NCBI RefSeq assembly: GCF_006345805.1
Contig: NC_043002.1
Location: 49,042,001-49,106,000, forward strand
Direction: 5' to 3'
Origin: Octopus sinensis
Lineage: Eukaryota
DNA length: 64,000 nt
Shown: piece after piece, positions 38,769-52,597 of the stretch
Layout: each line of letters begins with the position of its first letter
Position numbering within the stretch: position 1 is the stretch's first letter
Translations under genes and position numbers: made by a program
The notes under the pieces: model-generated
Seen by the model: the letters and a program-made list of their open reading frames with translations, nothing else
Told to the model about the DNA's origin: nothing
The model's database searches: none

Positions 38769-41509
38769 CTGTTAAATGATAACTGAATCTTCCTTTTACA
38801 ATAAATAAATAGATAAATAAATAGGAAATAGATTAAATGTGATTCCACATAACAGATTAAATATGAATTTTGATTATTATTGCTAAATATAAATTTTAAT
38901 TATCACTGCTATAATGGAAATAGATTTTCTCCCTCTCATAAAAGCTAAATGGATGGCCCAATGAAAATGAAGCAAAATCTTTGTTTTCTCTAACAGAAAA
39001 ATATATTCATCAGGAAACAACTTCATGAGAATAAGTGAGCGTATATTATAAGGCACATAGGAAAATATTATACATAAATATTAAAAATGATAATATGTAC
39101 TTGGTGATGAAAATAACTTGTAAAATGAAGTAAAACATAAAACATTCTTATATGATGCATGTTCCCACAAAGAACAGTGAGGGAGATGTTCTGAAAGAAC
39201 CATTCCTCCTTATAAGTTCATTGCTACAGATAGTGATCTCTGTTCCAATATAGTAGGGAGGTGGTTCAGTGGACATCCTGGGATATTGAACATTTCCACT
39301 TATATAGATTTGAAAGAAAAAAAAAAACTATATCAGAGAGTTGTTGGTATTTTGTATATAACTTTTTTTCATATATAAGTACAGCCAGCCATCACTTTTG
39401 AGTGAGTATGTCTTGGTAGCATGTACTATGCTTTCACTAATTGTTTGAAGTGCTTATGTGGTGGTGAGCAGACATAACCACCCTCTTAGACTGTCTATTC
39501 TTTTCTCTGAGATGTAACAGCTGGACGAAGAGAGGGTCGCACCACACCAGTCAAATTTAGATTATTTGTTTTATTTATTCTTTAATTTATTATCTATTGC
39601 ATTTGGAGAACAGTAGTGCTATTGGTTACATGTTTCCAACAGGAAAATCACTGGGTCAATGCATTTATGAGGGCAGAGCGACAAGGAAATGTCTTCCTCA
39701 CTATCAGCAATGTGCAACTTGGTTGAAACAAATATTACACAGCATATTTATCTGAAATATCTGGTGGGAAGGGCTCAGATTTCATTTGATGTTTAAAATT
39801 TTTACTAATAGATAGGAGTGCAAAGTGCATGCTTACACCATGCATGCACATGTGCACACACACAGACAACACAAATGTGTGCACACACACACACAAACAC
39901 ATGCACACAACACAAATGCATGTACACACGCACAAACACACACATGTATGTGCATGTGCACATACATACTCACACACAACACAAACACAGCACAAATGCA
40001 TGCACACACAACACAAACACACACACATGCATGTGCATGCACACACACATGATGAATTTTGGTCAACCTGTGACTATTGTAGAAGACACTTGCTCAAGGT
40101 TCCATAGTTGTGAAACAAACTTTTTCATTCACATAGCATCATACTTACACCATATTTATATCAGGGACAATTATTGATTATATATATGTCATAGTAGCAG
40201 ATTATATTTCATGAAATATATTTCATTAGAAAATTACATGAACATTAAAAATTTAAAACTTAACTTCACTGACTCACTTCCCACAATGCAATATCATTGA
40301 ATTTACATGTGCAAGATATCAGTTGATAGTAGAAATGTTTAGCTCACAGTCAAAGTTATTTATCATTTTCAATCAGATACTGTCCTCTTCCTGTCCTGAT
40401 GCCATTTTTAATGGGCAGAAAAATATGGAAAATGAAATAGAATATCTTTTGGATTAGATACTAGAAATTTGTATTAATAAATACTGAAAGGAAAAAAAAA
40501 AAATTCTGAAATGCGATTTACATAAGAAATCCCTTAAAAAAAAGTGGTTTTGTGGCAGAAAGTTTAGATTTGAACAAAATCTTGAAATTCATTCAACTGT
40601 AAAATTACTTTCCTCTTGCAACACTGCAAAATTTCCTAAGCTATTGAGAAGGTTTTTGAGAAGGTTTAAAAATAATTGCAAAGATTATTCTAGTAGCATT
40701 TAAATATATGAATGTGTATGCATGTACATGTGGATGTATATGTGGTGTGTATATGTGTATGTATTTTATATAGAGAAATTTACAGGCTGTGCTATTTTAA
40801 AGACAAGATCTTTAAATTAACTTATAATCCATTATATGAGCATGTTATTTATATATTTTGTAATTTTTCCATCCATTTCTGTGTTCACTTGGTTTATTTT
40901 TATCACTCCTGTTTTATTTTAGTGAAATAAATTTTAAAATCTGCAAAACTTTATTTTATTAATCTTTTAGAATTTAGAGAAAAAAAAAATGTTAATTTAA
41001 AGGATTTTACATATGTTCATGATAGAATGAGTTGGATTGTTCCGTAAATTTAGAAATACTACTTGAATTCTTGGAGCTGTATTTTACATTAAAAAAACCT
41101 TTTTTAATACATATCACATATTTCATAAATAATAATACATCATACTGTTGTTAACATTTCTAACATTTTAAAGCAAGGCCTTTTAATAGAAATAATAGTA
41201 ATTTCTCCATTTATGAAGCTATACCCATTAGGTGCTCATGATCACAAATCAACAAACATTACAAATTTCTTGTCTATGAAGTGTATAATGTTATTTAAAT
41301 TTCCGTCTTGCTACACAATGCATTTCTGCACATGTCATCACAGTTTTGTTTCATTTTTGAATTTAGGGATTTTAAAATTTGAAATTTTGAATAAATTTGC
41401 ATTTCTCTGCATTCTGCTTGGTTAAATGGCTTTCATTACTTTACATTACTTGTAAATGTATGATAATGCTTCACATATACTCATGAGTTCTTCATTTCAA
41501 TATCATCAT

Positions 41510-41770
41510 ATATACATTATTTACATTATTTACAATTGACGGATATTTGTCCTCATCTTGTTAACACAACGTTTCAGCTGATATACACCTTCATCAGGTG
41601 TCTTGGGAAAATTTTGAACTTGGGTTCTCATTCCTAAGGTATTTGTCAATGTTGTTGTTGTTATTATTATAATTATTATTATTATTATTATTATTCAGGT
41701 CACTGCCTGGAATCGAACTTGGAATCTTGGGGTTAGTAGCCTGCACTCTTAACCACTATGCCATATGCCC
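41510..41770 (-). mobile_element. tRNA-headed SINE carrying a hammerhead motif
   Basis: Minus strand: A-box TGGCATAGTGG (41753-41763), B-box GTTCGATTCC (41709-41718), (AAT)n linker, hammerhead, then short TAAATAATG-type tail. Confidence 0.75.
41563..41602 (-). ncRNA. Minimal type I hammerhead motif inside the SINE
   Basis: GACAC CTGATGA AGGTG tatat CAGCT GAAA CG TT GTGTT: stem I GACAC/GTGTT, palindromic ACGU stem III, GUU site; one G-G mismatch in stem II. Confidence 0.7.
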
Positions 41771-43547
41771 ATTGTATCATTAAATATATTAATTTCTTTT
41801 ACATGAGAAAAAAAGCAAAAGGTCATAATCAATTGAATTGACCTCAGTTTATTACTGTGACTTGTTTTATCATATCCTGTCAGGTGAATATAAAGTCATC
41901 ATCAGCAGGATTTTACAAAAATTGAATTTTAATAGCATAGTAATAGGAAAAGGGTACAATCATCAGCTTTTTTAGAGTCTTCAAGATTATTGGGAAGAAG
42001 AAAAGAAGGAAGGGAGTTATTCTCGGACTGAAGTCCAAGGGATAGGGGGTGTTATTAAACTGAATGAGGGATTAAATCTACTACCCAAGAACAATATCAT
42101 CATCATCATCATCATCATCATCAACATCATCATCAGCCTCATCACTTCACATCCACTTTTCTTTGCATGAATGAATCAGATGGTTTTCTATGACCAGATG
42201 CCTTTCCTATCCCAACCGTCATCATTTTTCTAAGTAAGGTAATAGTTCTTCATAGCTAGACATGATTTTCATGGTAAGACTGGAAATATACTACCTTGCT
42301 TGTATGATGATGATGATGATGCTCATTTACAACTTTCAAATGACGTCTAGACAAGGGTACGCACACACACACACATGAATATATAATATATATTTAGAGA
42401 GAGAATGGGCTTCTTTCAGTTTCCATCCACCTAATAGATTCACTGCAAATATGGAAAAGTGGACAATAAATCAATGATGATGATGATGATGATGATACAG
42501 TGAACCAAGAAATCTTAATTAGTTCAAATTAAACTGAAACTGAGAAGAAACAATAATTAGCTCATTTGAATCTGGTCAAGAAAGGCAGGGGAGACAATCT
42601 TGGAATTTAAATTGTTTTATTTATTCATTTTTTCTGATCTTATAATAGGGAGAGAAAAGAGTGTCCATTACCTTTTGAAGGGTTAGGGTTAGGTTTGAAG
42701 GGTCTCCAAGACTGGTGGGAGAGGGGTAAAAAGGTAGCCTCAAAACCAGAAAAAAATCTACTAAAGGCACCCAGAGTGCCAGGTGGTGTTGTTAAATCAA
42801 GAAATGGATTAAGTCAACCACATAGGTAAGCTGTTATTGGATTTGAACTCAGAATTCAAGGGATTGGAATAAATCATACAACACCTTCTTAGAGTTCTAC
42901 TAATCCATTGCTCTGAGTTGATACAATTTTAATTGAACTCCAAAGGAGGAAAAGTAAGATTGACTTGGGTGGAGTTTGACTTCTGAACACAAAGAAATAG
43001 AACAAGGAAATTATGGAATTGATTGAATATAGAATGGGGATGAATGTTTGCTTGAGTGTCATGAAAATAAAAAAATTAAAAAATACTTGAGAATTATTTG
43101 CAGGTATTTGTCTTTTCTAGTACTTATTCTACTGGTCTCTTTAGCAGTTAAGGAGTGTGATAGAATGTGTTGGATGAGATCTTTTCAAAATGAGATTAAA
43201 AATGAAATCGATGGAACATGGAAGGGCAAGAGTTTTCTTTCTTCCAGAGCGTGTGTATAACTTGCTATATAAATAATAATAATTAATATATATTATACAT
43301 TTGGTTGAGTTAGTTTCTTGCAACTCCATGTTTTATCTGTGACTACACAGTCTTCAGACAAATCATAACTTACCTGAAAACCCTGTGTACTTGGAGGTGA
43401 GTCTCAGATTAGCACAAGATTAACTTGACCAAAATAAAAATATTATTAATTCTCACTATGGTATCATGTACGCTTTCTTCCAACAGTCAACACTAACATA
43501 TATGTGTGTATGTGTGTGTGTGTATGTGCACACAAATGTGCATATGT

Positions 43548-43750
43548 ATGAGGGGAGACTGAAAAGTTTCTGTAAAAGAAAATATAGGAGGATCAGTTAA
43601 TTATCATTTTATTCAACATATTCACCTCTCAGATTCACAAACTTATTACAGTGGTCCTTCAGTTTTTCTAAGCCCTGTAAAACAAGTTGGAAGATTGGGC
43701 TTCCAACCAGATCTTTTGCAATACCCTTAAAGCCAAGAACTTTTCAGTGC
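43548..43750. mobile_element. mariner-type MITE
   Basis: Degenerate TIRs gaggggagactgaaaagttt / aaagccaagaacttttcagtgc. Confidence 0.55.
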
Positions 43751-44456
43751 ATGTATTGTTCTAAGAAGAAATTGAATTGTTTAGATCAAACAGAATATTA
43801 TTTGTTCAGTGATGCAATGATTAACAAATTAAGAACAATAATAGATATACATAGTTCATAATGTAATTATTGGTTATGTATTGATTTTGAAGAAATTTCT
43901 AAATGATACAAAAATCTATCAGCTGTGAAATATGTAAACAAATAAAGCAAAAGCTAATATCCTCCATAAAAAATATACCAGCTTAAAAATATTGTGAAAT
44001 TTCTTTTAAAATGTAGACACACTCTACTGAAGTGAAAATTTTGCAGTGAAATATTTCCTCATGGGGAAAGTAAATATATTGATTATTTCCACCCCCTCAT
44101 CTCTTAAAAATGAATTCCATCTGACTAAAGAAGCATGTCAATAAAGCCATTTGTCTGTGTTTTTTACTGCAAAGAATTTCAATGAGTTAAATACTTTGTC
44201 TATCAACCAGTTGAATCCTGTATACACGTAAAATCTTTCTCTTCATATAATGAGCCAGATATTTTGAGATGTAAAAAATAATCATATTCAAATATAAATG
44301 TCAAATCAGGTTTTATGTATTTTTAAAATCGTATTTCATCTTGGCTTTGGAATGTATTTATTGAGGAAAAACGTGCATAGGGGAGAACCTATATGTAATT
44401 TTACAATAAAAAAAATTTAAAACAGAACAATATTGGTGCATTTATATATAAATATA

Positions 44457-44507
<51 letters not shown>

Positions 44508-45952
44508 ATTTGTATACATATCATATATGTTATATATATGTATACATACACACACGTACTCATATGTATATATATATCAATATGTAAAGTTCTCATATAC
44601 CCACTCCCATCCCTCCTTCATATCAGCATACACATATCTGCATATTCAACAATAATCTCCTTTTATCTCTTTTCTCTTCATCCTGTCTCTTCTTATGTAT
44701 GTACATATATACTTACATGTATTCATACAAACATGCATAAATGTATTCATACATATAGATATACACATACATGCATACATGCATGATGAAATATATTTTG
44801 TACCTTTAGAATTATGCATATATTATTTGTCTGTCTCTGTCTCTTTTTTCGCTTTCTCACTCACCTTTATTTTTCTTCTGACTTGCATAATCCAAAGTTA
44901 ATAATTGTTTATCTTTGTGCTACAATTGTGATCTGAACACACACACACACACGCACACACACACACCCACACCCACACCCACACCCACACACACCCACTT
45001 CTTTTTAAGTGTTTTAAAAATGAAGCAGTTAAAAGATTCAAATTTTAAGCAAGACGGTAATGAAAAATTTGAGCGATTTTACCTGGATTTCTTCTAGATC
45101 AAAGTAATAAATATATTATTCCAGCAATATGGAAATATTTAAATTATAATTTTATAATAATCAAAGTTTTTCTTATGTTAGAACAAGGCACATATCTTTA
45201 ACACTAAACTATATTTGATACACTAATTCAGTATAAATTCAATTCAAGTGATGAAAGTAAATTTGATCCAGCAGGATTCTGAACACTGAATGTAAATAAA
45301 TACAAAATTTTTAGTACATTGCATTGATAATGCCCAATGGAGCAGAAGTGCATTTGCATCTTTGCAAGCCACTTCTGGATGATTTCTGTTACCCTCCATT
45401 ATGTATATATATATTGTGTTTTAAATACATCATGTCTATAAGAGATAGACAAATACCGCAGTAAATTTGCCTTTCAATGATGCGTTTACATTAAGTATGA
45501 TACACAGATGGTTGTTTTAATCTGATATTGATTCTATTGTATGTAACAAAAATGTGATTAAATATTTCAAGGTATTTTGTCATGCACTCTGTTCTATTTC
45601 ACCATCTGTTGCCCCAATTTTGATTTTTTGAAATGGTCATAAAGGCATACATTCTGTGTGAGAATGTAGTCAATAATACTGATCTCAGTATTTGACTGGC
45701 ATACCCAACATTATAGGCACAGACATAGTTGTATGGTTAAGAAATTTGCTTCCTAACCATATGGTCTTGGGTTCAGTCTCTATGTGTGGCATCTTGGTCA
45801 AGTGTCCAAGTGTCTTCTACTATTGTCCTGGGCCAACCAAAGACTTATAAGTGAATTTAGTGAATGGAAACTGAAAAGCTAATCATATATATATCTGTGT
45901 GTGTGTGTGTATGTATATATATATGTGTGTGTGTGTATATATATCTATCTAT

Positions 45953-46010
<58 letters not shown>

Positions 46011-46098
46011 TTATCATCATCATCGTTTAATGTCCGTTTCCCATGCTAGCACGGGTTGGACGAAAAATGGATGTTAAATGATGATGATGATGATGATG

Positions 46099-46129
<31 letters not shown>

Positions 46130-46414
46130 TGAGGAGAGAGTGGTGAGCATCTGATAACATTCCAGATGTAAGCCATCTTTTGCTTGACATGTGCTTATTA
46201 ATTTGCTATCAAGCTGAAAGTCTGGTCTGCTCCTGACCTGAGCTCATTTAAAAGACATTGGGCAGTGTTGACCAGCCTCTTAGTGTATTGAGTTACAAGC
46301 CTACGAAATTGTCCCAGTAAAATTTAAGTCTCTAATAATGATAATTTCTAACATTTTGTTTTGGTGGGAGAAAGGAGCAACCAACTTAGTCAATCCAATA
46401 TTTAATTTATTTTT

Positions 46415-46616
46415 TACTCACTTCAGTCATTAGACAGCAGCCATGCTGGGGCACTGCCTTGAAATTTAAGTCAAATGAATCGACCCCAGTATTTAATTTT
46501 ATGCCTGATACTTATTCTATCGATCTCTTATGCCGAACTGCTAAGTTATGAGGATGCAAACACACTAACACCAGTTGTCAAGTGGTGGTGGTGGAGACAC
46601 AAACACAGGCACAAAG

Positions 46617-46671
<55 letters not shown>

Positions 46672-46830
46672 ACAAGTTTCTTTCAGTTTCTCTCTACAAA
46701 ATCCACTGTCAAATTTTTGGTTGGCCCAAGGCTATAGCAGAAGACTCTTGCTCAAGGTACCATGCATGGTTCTGAATCCAGAACCATGTGTTTGGGTAGC
46801 AACTTTCTTACCACATAGCCACACCTGCAC
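46415..46830 (-). mobile_element. tRNA-derived SINE family A, diverged
   Basis: Reverse complement colinear with family A, internal (CA)n. Confidence 0.75.
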
Positions 46831-47960
46831 CTGAAATTTATTTTATCAACTCTGGAAAGATGAAGGGGAAAAGTCAACCTCAGTAAGAATTCTAACTCAG
46901 TACATAAATAGAAGAACACTACAAAGTACTCTAAACTATTTTCTCTGGCTCTTTACCATTTTTATTATTAATCACCCTTCAAATCTATTAACAGTTATAA
47001 AAATGAATGAATTTACTTGTTTGCTACAGAAATATTTACAAAAATTCGTATTGAAGACAGAGAAAATGATCTTGGCAGCTTTCTGGATATTTACTGTTCA
47101 ACACAAATTACCTTCCTAGACCCGATTGACAGCTGTTTAATTAAATTCATACTAATTTATTACGAAAATGACAGGTGAAATAAGCAACAGATATTATTCA
47201 TTGGAAAATAAACCGAAACAACATGGTGCAGTATTCATTTTGATTCCCATCAAGGAAAACGGGTTTCACTTGGACAAATATAAGAAAAAGAAGAACGAAA
47301 AACAAAATGGAAAGAATCAGTGCAAGGGTGGAGTAAGTATGGCAAAAAGAAAGCTAGAAGGAAAAATATAAAGATAGAGTGATGGAGTAAAAAAAAAGAA
47401 AAAAGAAATATTTGAATGGTTTAATAACAAAGCAGATGGCTTTGATGTGTTACTGTAAATGGTTCCAATCTGAAGATGAATGTGTCAAGATGTGATTTAG
47501 TGAGAGAACATTAACAATAAGCAATGAACTGCTTTCATTTTCATGAAGATTCTCATTGTTGATTGAAATAGAGTAAGGACGATTAATTTAACAAAAAAAA
47601 AAAGAAAAAAAAATTCAAATTGAGTAAAGTTCGTTTGCAATAAAGAGAGAATGATGATGATGATGATGATGAAGCAACAACAACAATTATAATGGCGATG
47701 ACAATAATGATATGATGATAAAAAAATACAAATGACACAGATGATGACAAATATGATGATAACAAGAAGGAGGAAGAGGAGATGGAGGAGAATAAAAGGA
47801 CAGAGAAGAAAAAGAATCAATAATGCTGCTATTGAGAGTAACAATAACAGTAATAATAAAAATAAAAATAATGAAAACAGGATAAGGATTTTGATGAAAT
47901 AATTTTGAAAAGGTGGTATTTTTTGCCTTGATATATACGTATATGTACATACATACAAAT

Positions 47961-47991
<31 letters not shown>

Positions 47992-48331
47992 GATATATAC
48001 ACACACACATATATATATATATAGATATATACACACATATATATGCACACACCTACCCATATATATAAACATATACACACACATATACATATACACACAC
48101 ATATACATATACACACACATATACATATACACACATATATACTGCTTTATATATATATAAATATTCATATGCACACATATATGCACATTTACAGCTATCT
48201 TTATATATGTATATATATATGTGAATATAAATACACACACACACACACACACATACACCCCCCCCCACACACATATATATATTTATATATAGATGTATAC
48301 TCATTCTTGCTCTGTTTATTTTCTTTTATTC

Positions 48332-48367
48332 CCTTCTGTAGAAACGTATACCTTGAAACGTAAAAGA
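48332..48367 (+). ncRNA. Decayed copy of the CUGUNGA hammerhead-variant family
   Basis: cctt CTGTAGA aacgtatacctt GAAA CG TA AAAGA; core and stem III retained, stem II degraded. Confidence 0.4.
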
Positions 48368-49830
48368 GTTTTTCATTTTCCTAATACACACACACATGCT
48401 TTCTGCAAAGTCTCCGTCTACCAAATTCGCTCACAAAGCAGTTGTCAGTTGGAGACTATCTGAGAAGACACTTGCTTAAGGTGTCACACAGTAGGACTGA
48501 ACCCAAAACCACTTGGTTGAAATGCAGCCTTCTTAACGGCACCATCATACCTGCGCTTGTATATTTTGGGCATTTTCAAATCCGTCTCCAGATGTGTACA
48601 GAGCCAATCTCTTCTAGAGGGAAATTGAGTGTGACAAGGTTAGAAGTATACAAAAGAACTGAGCCCATTACCAAACTGGTACTTTCTTTATCGACCCTGC
48701 TAGTATGAAAATCAAAGTTGACCTCGGTGTAAAGAGATCTGGGGCGAATAACAGAAGGCATTGTATTTGATACACTAGCGAGCGTCTACCAAAGCACATA
48801 TAAACACACACACGCAGACACGAAACAGGAGTATGAATTTAAAGAGAAGTTACAAGCTATTCAAAGGACGTTCTCAGAATTACTGAAATCCAGAATTGTA
48901 CAAATCTGGCTGTTTACGCAAAAACGAGAAAATTTAATGAACTATGAGTGAAAAAGTCCCAATGGAAGTGATTGTAAACCAAATTAGAAAACATGGCTTA
49001 TGCTAATTGAATTTACCTAATAGTATTATATAACATATTAGCTGAGATTGGGGTGTTTATAATCTGGGTAAGGTTCCAAAACAGACATTTGAACTTGATA
49101 AATATATGAACCAAAAATTAAGGATTTCTAACATAGACACAAATTAACCTCTTTTAGACACAAGAAAAATGTTAGTTTTAAATAAGCATGCATTGAAAAA
49201 AGATATGCACATCAAGGAGGAAATCGTAGTTGAGGTAACAATATCAGCAAAAATAAAATCGAAATTGTTGTAGAATAGCATTAACTGTTATCTGTGTCGA
49301 GCTAGGTCATTGCAACGAAAGCGACAAGGTTTGATATGTTTTTTTTTGTTTTTTTCGCGACGTAGGAGTGTTCAGATAAGAGCATGTCCTATTTTCTTTT
49401 ATCAAATGTCGCCAATTACTAGATGTGAACTGCTTGGAAGAGGTTCGCATCTAGTATACAAACGCGCAAGCATGCATAACTCTCAAACTATCTCGGTTTG
49501 TTTATATATCACTATCAGTAATAATTATTGGCTAGACAAATAATACAGCTGACTGCTGCTTCTGTCCAGACGCTATTGGGAAACACTAGACATAGTGAGC
49601 AGAGGAGGATTAAAGCTGATTACAGGGGTGCATTGGCAGAATTGTTAAAGCGTCTGGCTTGGTTGGGTATTTTCATTCTGTATTTAACCCTTTCAATTCA
49701 AATCCCACTGAGGTCAACTTTGCATTTCAACCTTCTGAGGTTAATAAATAAAGTATCATTGACGTATCAGGGTTGAATCAATCTAATTTCTGGCCTTGTA
49801 CGTATGCAAGAAACAACAACAGTAATAATC

Positions 49831-50191
49831 ATAAGAGCACTCAGAGAGCGCAAACCTTCGCTAAGGCAATACCAACATCCTCTCAACGATTTGCCAGAAA
49901 TGATTTTTAAAATGAGAATATATGAAATAAACTCGACTGCTCTCACAAACGAGAATACTAAAAATAAACCTGACCGCTCACAAAAATTAAGTAAGAAAAC
50001 ATGAAAAATAATCCAGAATCCTTGTCTGGTATCGGATCGATTCCAAAATCTAATCAGTTCGTGCCAGTCATGATGCCAAACATCCCTGAAAGTTCCATCC
50101 GAATCTGTCAAGCGGTTCTTGAGATATCTTGTCCACGGACAAACAAACAAACACGACTGAAAAACAATACTGCTGCCTTCACTAAGGAGGA

Positions 50192-50195
<4 letters not shown>
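49831..50195 (+). mobile_element. Putative non-autonomous Helentron (HINE)-like element
   Basis: Start ataagagcactcagagagcgcaaaccttcgctaagg; internal (AAAC)n; degenerate terminal hairpin tgctgccttcactaaggaggagg. Confidence 0.5.
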
Positions 50196-50250
<55 letters not shown>

Positions 50251-50359
50251 TAATAATAATACTATTGCCCTAGTTATCATGGAGACACTCGGCAAGAAAT
50301 GGAAACAGAATGGAAAGAAGATGCTAACGAAAATAATAATAATAATAATGATGATGATG

Positions 50360-50390
<31 letters not shown>

Positions 50391-50440
50391 CAATAATAAT
50401 AATAATAATAATAATGATAATAATAATGATAATAATAATG

Positions 50441-50508
<68 letters not shown>
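50195..50508. repeat. (AAT)n microsatellite with a short unique island at ~50261-50332
   Basis: Directly visible. Confidence 0.95.
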
Positions 50509-50509
<1 letters not shown>

Positions 50510-52250
50510 GATAAAAGAAGGACTCAAAAATCAAAGCCATCCCCATTAGAAGAGGAATATTCCAGGGAAACACACTCTCCACTCCTTTTCTGCTTGGCAC
50601 TAACAACTTTATCTGACATGCTTAACAGAACTGGATGTTGATACAGCTGTTAGGGCAAAACAATCAGTCAGCCATCTCTTACATATGGATGATCTAAAAC
50701 TGTATGCTACAAATGATAAACAGTTGGAAACATTACTATAAACAATACATGTATTTACCAAAGAAATAAACATGAAATTTGGTTTAGAAAAATGTGCCAA
50801 AGCAACCTTGAAACGAGGAAAACTAGTTAAGAGTAGCAACATCACACTAGACAAAGCAAATGAAATAAGAGAATTAGACCAAAGCCAGACATATAAATAC
50901 TTAGGAATCAAAGAACTAGATACGATACAACACACAATTGGAAAAGAAGGTGAGAAAAGAATGCTATAGGCTGATAATAGAGCTCAATGCAGAAAACAAG
51001 ATAATAAGTATCAACACTCTAGCCGTCCCAGTTATAAGTTACAGCGACAATATTTTTAACTGGACTCTAAATGAACTAATCAAAATAGACAGGAAAGCTA
51101 GAAAAATAATGATAGGATTTAGGGTGCACCACCCAAAATCTGACATAGAAAGGTTATATATACAACGTATGGAAGTTGGTAGAGGCCTTACACAACTAGA
51201 AAACTAATACAAAATAACCACCATAGGACTACAGAAATACCTACTTCAGAAGCATGGAAAGCTAATACAAATAGCCACAAAACACGAACAAGACAAAAAA
51301 ACTATTTTTTAGTTAAGGAAGCTGACAAATACAAAAAAGAAGTCATAGTACCTAACAACTATGAAGAAAAAGAAGAAACAACAAAAAAATTAAAACAACT
51401 GAAATCCAAATTAAAATTGGAACAGCAACGGATCATGATAAAACGATGGCAAGAAAAGCCCATTCGTGGAAAATAGTGGGTTAAACTAAACAGAAAATAG
51501 ATAGACAAAGCAAAATTCCAACAATGGTTGAGAAGCTCAGGACTCAAATCAGAGACTGAAGGATTTTTAATTGTAGCACAAGACCAAAGCCTCTCCACCA
51601 GAAATTACCAAAAGCACGCAATGAAAAGAAATACAAGTAACTGCAGAATATGTGAAGGTGGACAAGAAACAATAGACACGACAGCGTTGGGATCTATATA
51701 CACTGAAAACTATACCAACACTATGGAATAACAACAGAAAGATGGTATAGGCAAACGCCAGGAAAGGTCACAGAAAATGAGAACGCAATCATACTATGGG
51801 ATATGCCAATACGCACAGACAGAGAAATTAAGGCAAATATGTCAGATATAGTTGTCAGAGATCATCAAGAAAAAATGCTTTCTAATCGACGTATCAATAA
51901 CAACAGATGACAATGTTTCTCTAAAAGAAACGGAGAAGCTTTCAAAGTACAAAGACCTGTAAATAGAGGTAACTCGAATGTGGAGTCTAAAAACAGAAAC
52001 AATTCCTATCATAGTAGACGCATTAGGTATGATAGAAAAATATTCAGACAAATACATAACGAAATCACCAGGATTAACAAGTATATATAACATTCAGAAA
52101 ATAGCACTACTGGGCACTGCACACATCCTACGTAAAATTGCTTTCAATACAGTAAAAATAAGAGCATCACGACAAACCAGAGCACATACCCAAGCCATAC
52201 AGAGTTGAGGTCGGTAGTGCAGTGAAAGTACCTGATAAAAAGACTACTGA
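50510..52250 (+). mobile_element. 5'-truncated R4/Dong-clade non-LTR retrotransposon (RT plus restriction-like endonuclease), degenerate
   Basis: IPIRRGIFQG-TLS-LLFCLAL, YMDDLKLY, MKFGLEKCA, HHPKSDIERLY, ETEGFLIVAQDQSL, CRIC zinc motif, WDMPI-TDREIKAN-SDIVVRD..LIDVSI, EKLSKYKDL, LGTAHILRK; multiple stops and frameshifts; (AAT)n on both sides. Confidence 0.9.
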
Positions 52251-52597
52251 ATAATAATAATAATAATAATAACAACAACAACGACGACGACGACGACGAC
52301 AACGATGACGACGACGACGACGATGATGATGATGATAATAAAGTATTTGAAATACTTTGTTTTGTTTTAAATTTGGGGGGATATTTTGTTAAATAAGGGG
52401 CCCTATTTCACTGTGTGAAAAGGAGAAAAGTAAGCGGCGTGGTCCTGAGAGATATTTCTCTCACAACAGAAATTTTTAATATGAGAAAACAATGACAACA
52501 CTAACAAGATTTGCAACAACAAAAATTATAACTATAAAAAAAAGGAGGAGCGACAGTAGCAACAACATCAGCGGTAACAACAACTACTACAACAATA

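Noticed and set aside
41697-41770. tRNA gene
   Set aside because: A and B boxes are present but acceptor and anticodon stems are broken and it runs into repeat body; treated as a SINE head. The same applies to the other tRNA-like heads.
43320-43362. Minus-strand CTGAAGA CTGTG tagt CACAG hairpin
   Set aside because: No GAAA and no UH site or stem I; likely chance.
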